Of a stretch of 64,000 nt of DNA, positions 63,149-64,000 are shown piece by piece. The number at the start of each line of letters is the position of its first letter. The first letter of the stretch is position 1. The notes under the pieces are model-generated. The model was not told the DNA's origin. It saw nothing but the letters and a program-made list of their open reading frames with translations, and did no database searches. This DNA is from an uncultured Gemmatimonadota bacterium (GTDB taxonomy: Bacteria; SM23-81; DAOVCL01): positions 1-64,000 of the forward strand of contig CAZVGK010000012.1 of NCBI GenBank assembly GCA_964626665.1, read 5' to 3'. The translations under genes and the position numbers were made by a program.

Positions 63149-64000
63149 CTCTCCTCCTCCTTTTCGTCAATTGACAAGGTTAAACCTTTCTCCGGATTAT
63201 ACCTCTTTCTCATACCACTGGTTAGATAGGATTTGATGGTTCCCTCCCTTTTATAGAAGATGATCCCTTCCACCCCCGGGAGGGCCTCCAAAAGCTCCCT
63301 GCCCCTTTTGGGCCCCAAAACGAAGGCCCCAGTGGCCAGTATGTCCGCCTGCTCTGCAGAGGGAGCGATCACCGTTACGCTTACCGCGGAGTCCGCTGGA
63401 TAGCCAGTGGTGGGGTCAAGGATGTGATGGTATCTCTTCCCCATCTGGAAGAAACACCTCTCATAATCGCCTGAAGTGGCCACGCCCTGGGAGGGGAGGT
63501 GCAGATAGCCGATGAACTCTCCCTGCTGGCGGGGATGTCTGATAGCTACCCTCCAGAGTCCACCTCTTGGTTTCTTCCCCCAGAGCCTGATATCCCCTCC
63601 GGCATTGACTATCCCCCCTGGAATCCCCATCTCTTCCATCACCTCTGCCGCTTTATCTGCCGCATAGCCCTTGGCTACCCCTCCCAGGTCAATTTTCGTC
63701 CCCTTCAGGGGGAGAAAAATCCTCTGATGGAGGCCATCCAGCCTCACCCTCTTATAGCCAACAAGGGGAAGGAGCATCTCTATCTCCTCCTCTTTTGGCA
63801 CCCTGTATTTGTCTTTAGTGAACCCCCAGAGATTCTCTAAGGGGCCAACGGTGGGGTCAAAGGCTCCCTTAGTGAGCCGAGAGAACCGCAGAGAACGGGA
63901 GAGGAGACCAAAGAGCCCCTTTCCCACAGGAACAAAACTGTCCCCAGAGGCTTGGTTTACCTCCCAGACCTCGCTTCCCTTTTTGTAGGCATTCATCACC
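63109..64000 (-). CDS. apbE: FAD:protein FMN transferase (5' end outside the window)
   Basis: GAFDPTVG, DLGGVAKGY, ATSGDYER, YHHILDP, SVTV. Confidence 0.92.
   Translation of the reverse strand, partial: VMNAYKKGSEVWEVNQASGDSFVPVGKGLFGLLSRSLRFSRLTKGAFDPTVGPLENLWGFTKDKYRVPKEEEIEMLLPLVGYKRVRLDGLHQRIFLPLKGTKIDLGGVAKGYAADKAAEVMEEMGIPGGIVNAGGDIRLWGKKPRGGLWRVAIRHPRQQGEFIGYLHLPSQGVATSGDYERCFFQMGKRYHHILDPTTGYPADSAVSVTVIAPSAEQADILATGAFVLGPKRGRELLEALPGVEGIIFYKREGTIKSYLTSGMRKRYNPEKGLTLSIDEKEEERCASSKQTLFFGE

Overview
A 64 kb chromosomal segment from a diderm, LPS-making bacterium. The C-terminal 'NPFN' sorting domain, the C25 protease, the LytS/LytR-TonB module and the hprK-raiA-rpoN cluster suggest an FCB-superphylum lineage (inference). 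Housekeeping content includes pyk, ligA, mlaEFD, an RND efflux operon, gatC-kdsB-pyrG-kdsA-kdsC-kdsD-acyltransferase-lptC-lptB-rpoN-raiA-hprK, and apbE. The most interesting locus (about 1-8070, minus strand) has a 107-aa secreted pro-peptide gene directly coupled to a 991-aa TPR-GAF-AAA+-Fis sigma54 activator. These are followed by three 18-bp enhancer-like boxes, a -24/-12 sigma54 promoter, a 53-aa ORF and two secreted proteins (a beta-helix protein and a gingipain-like C25 protease). The layout looks like RRNPP-style peptide signalling wired to sigma54. Also notable: an ArsR-led operon encoding a UGA-split CxxU selenoprotein (UshA-like fold) with a SECIS-like hairpin; a GxxExxY gene flanked by its own palindromes inside the RND operon; attC-like sites around upp and a serine hydrolase; a frameshifted phospholipase D; nested IS elements; and many REP/MITE-like repeats, some inserted in frame in proteins. 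All calls come from reading the sequence; no database searches were run.
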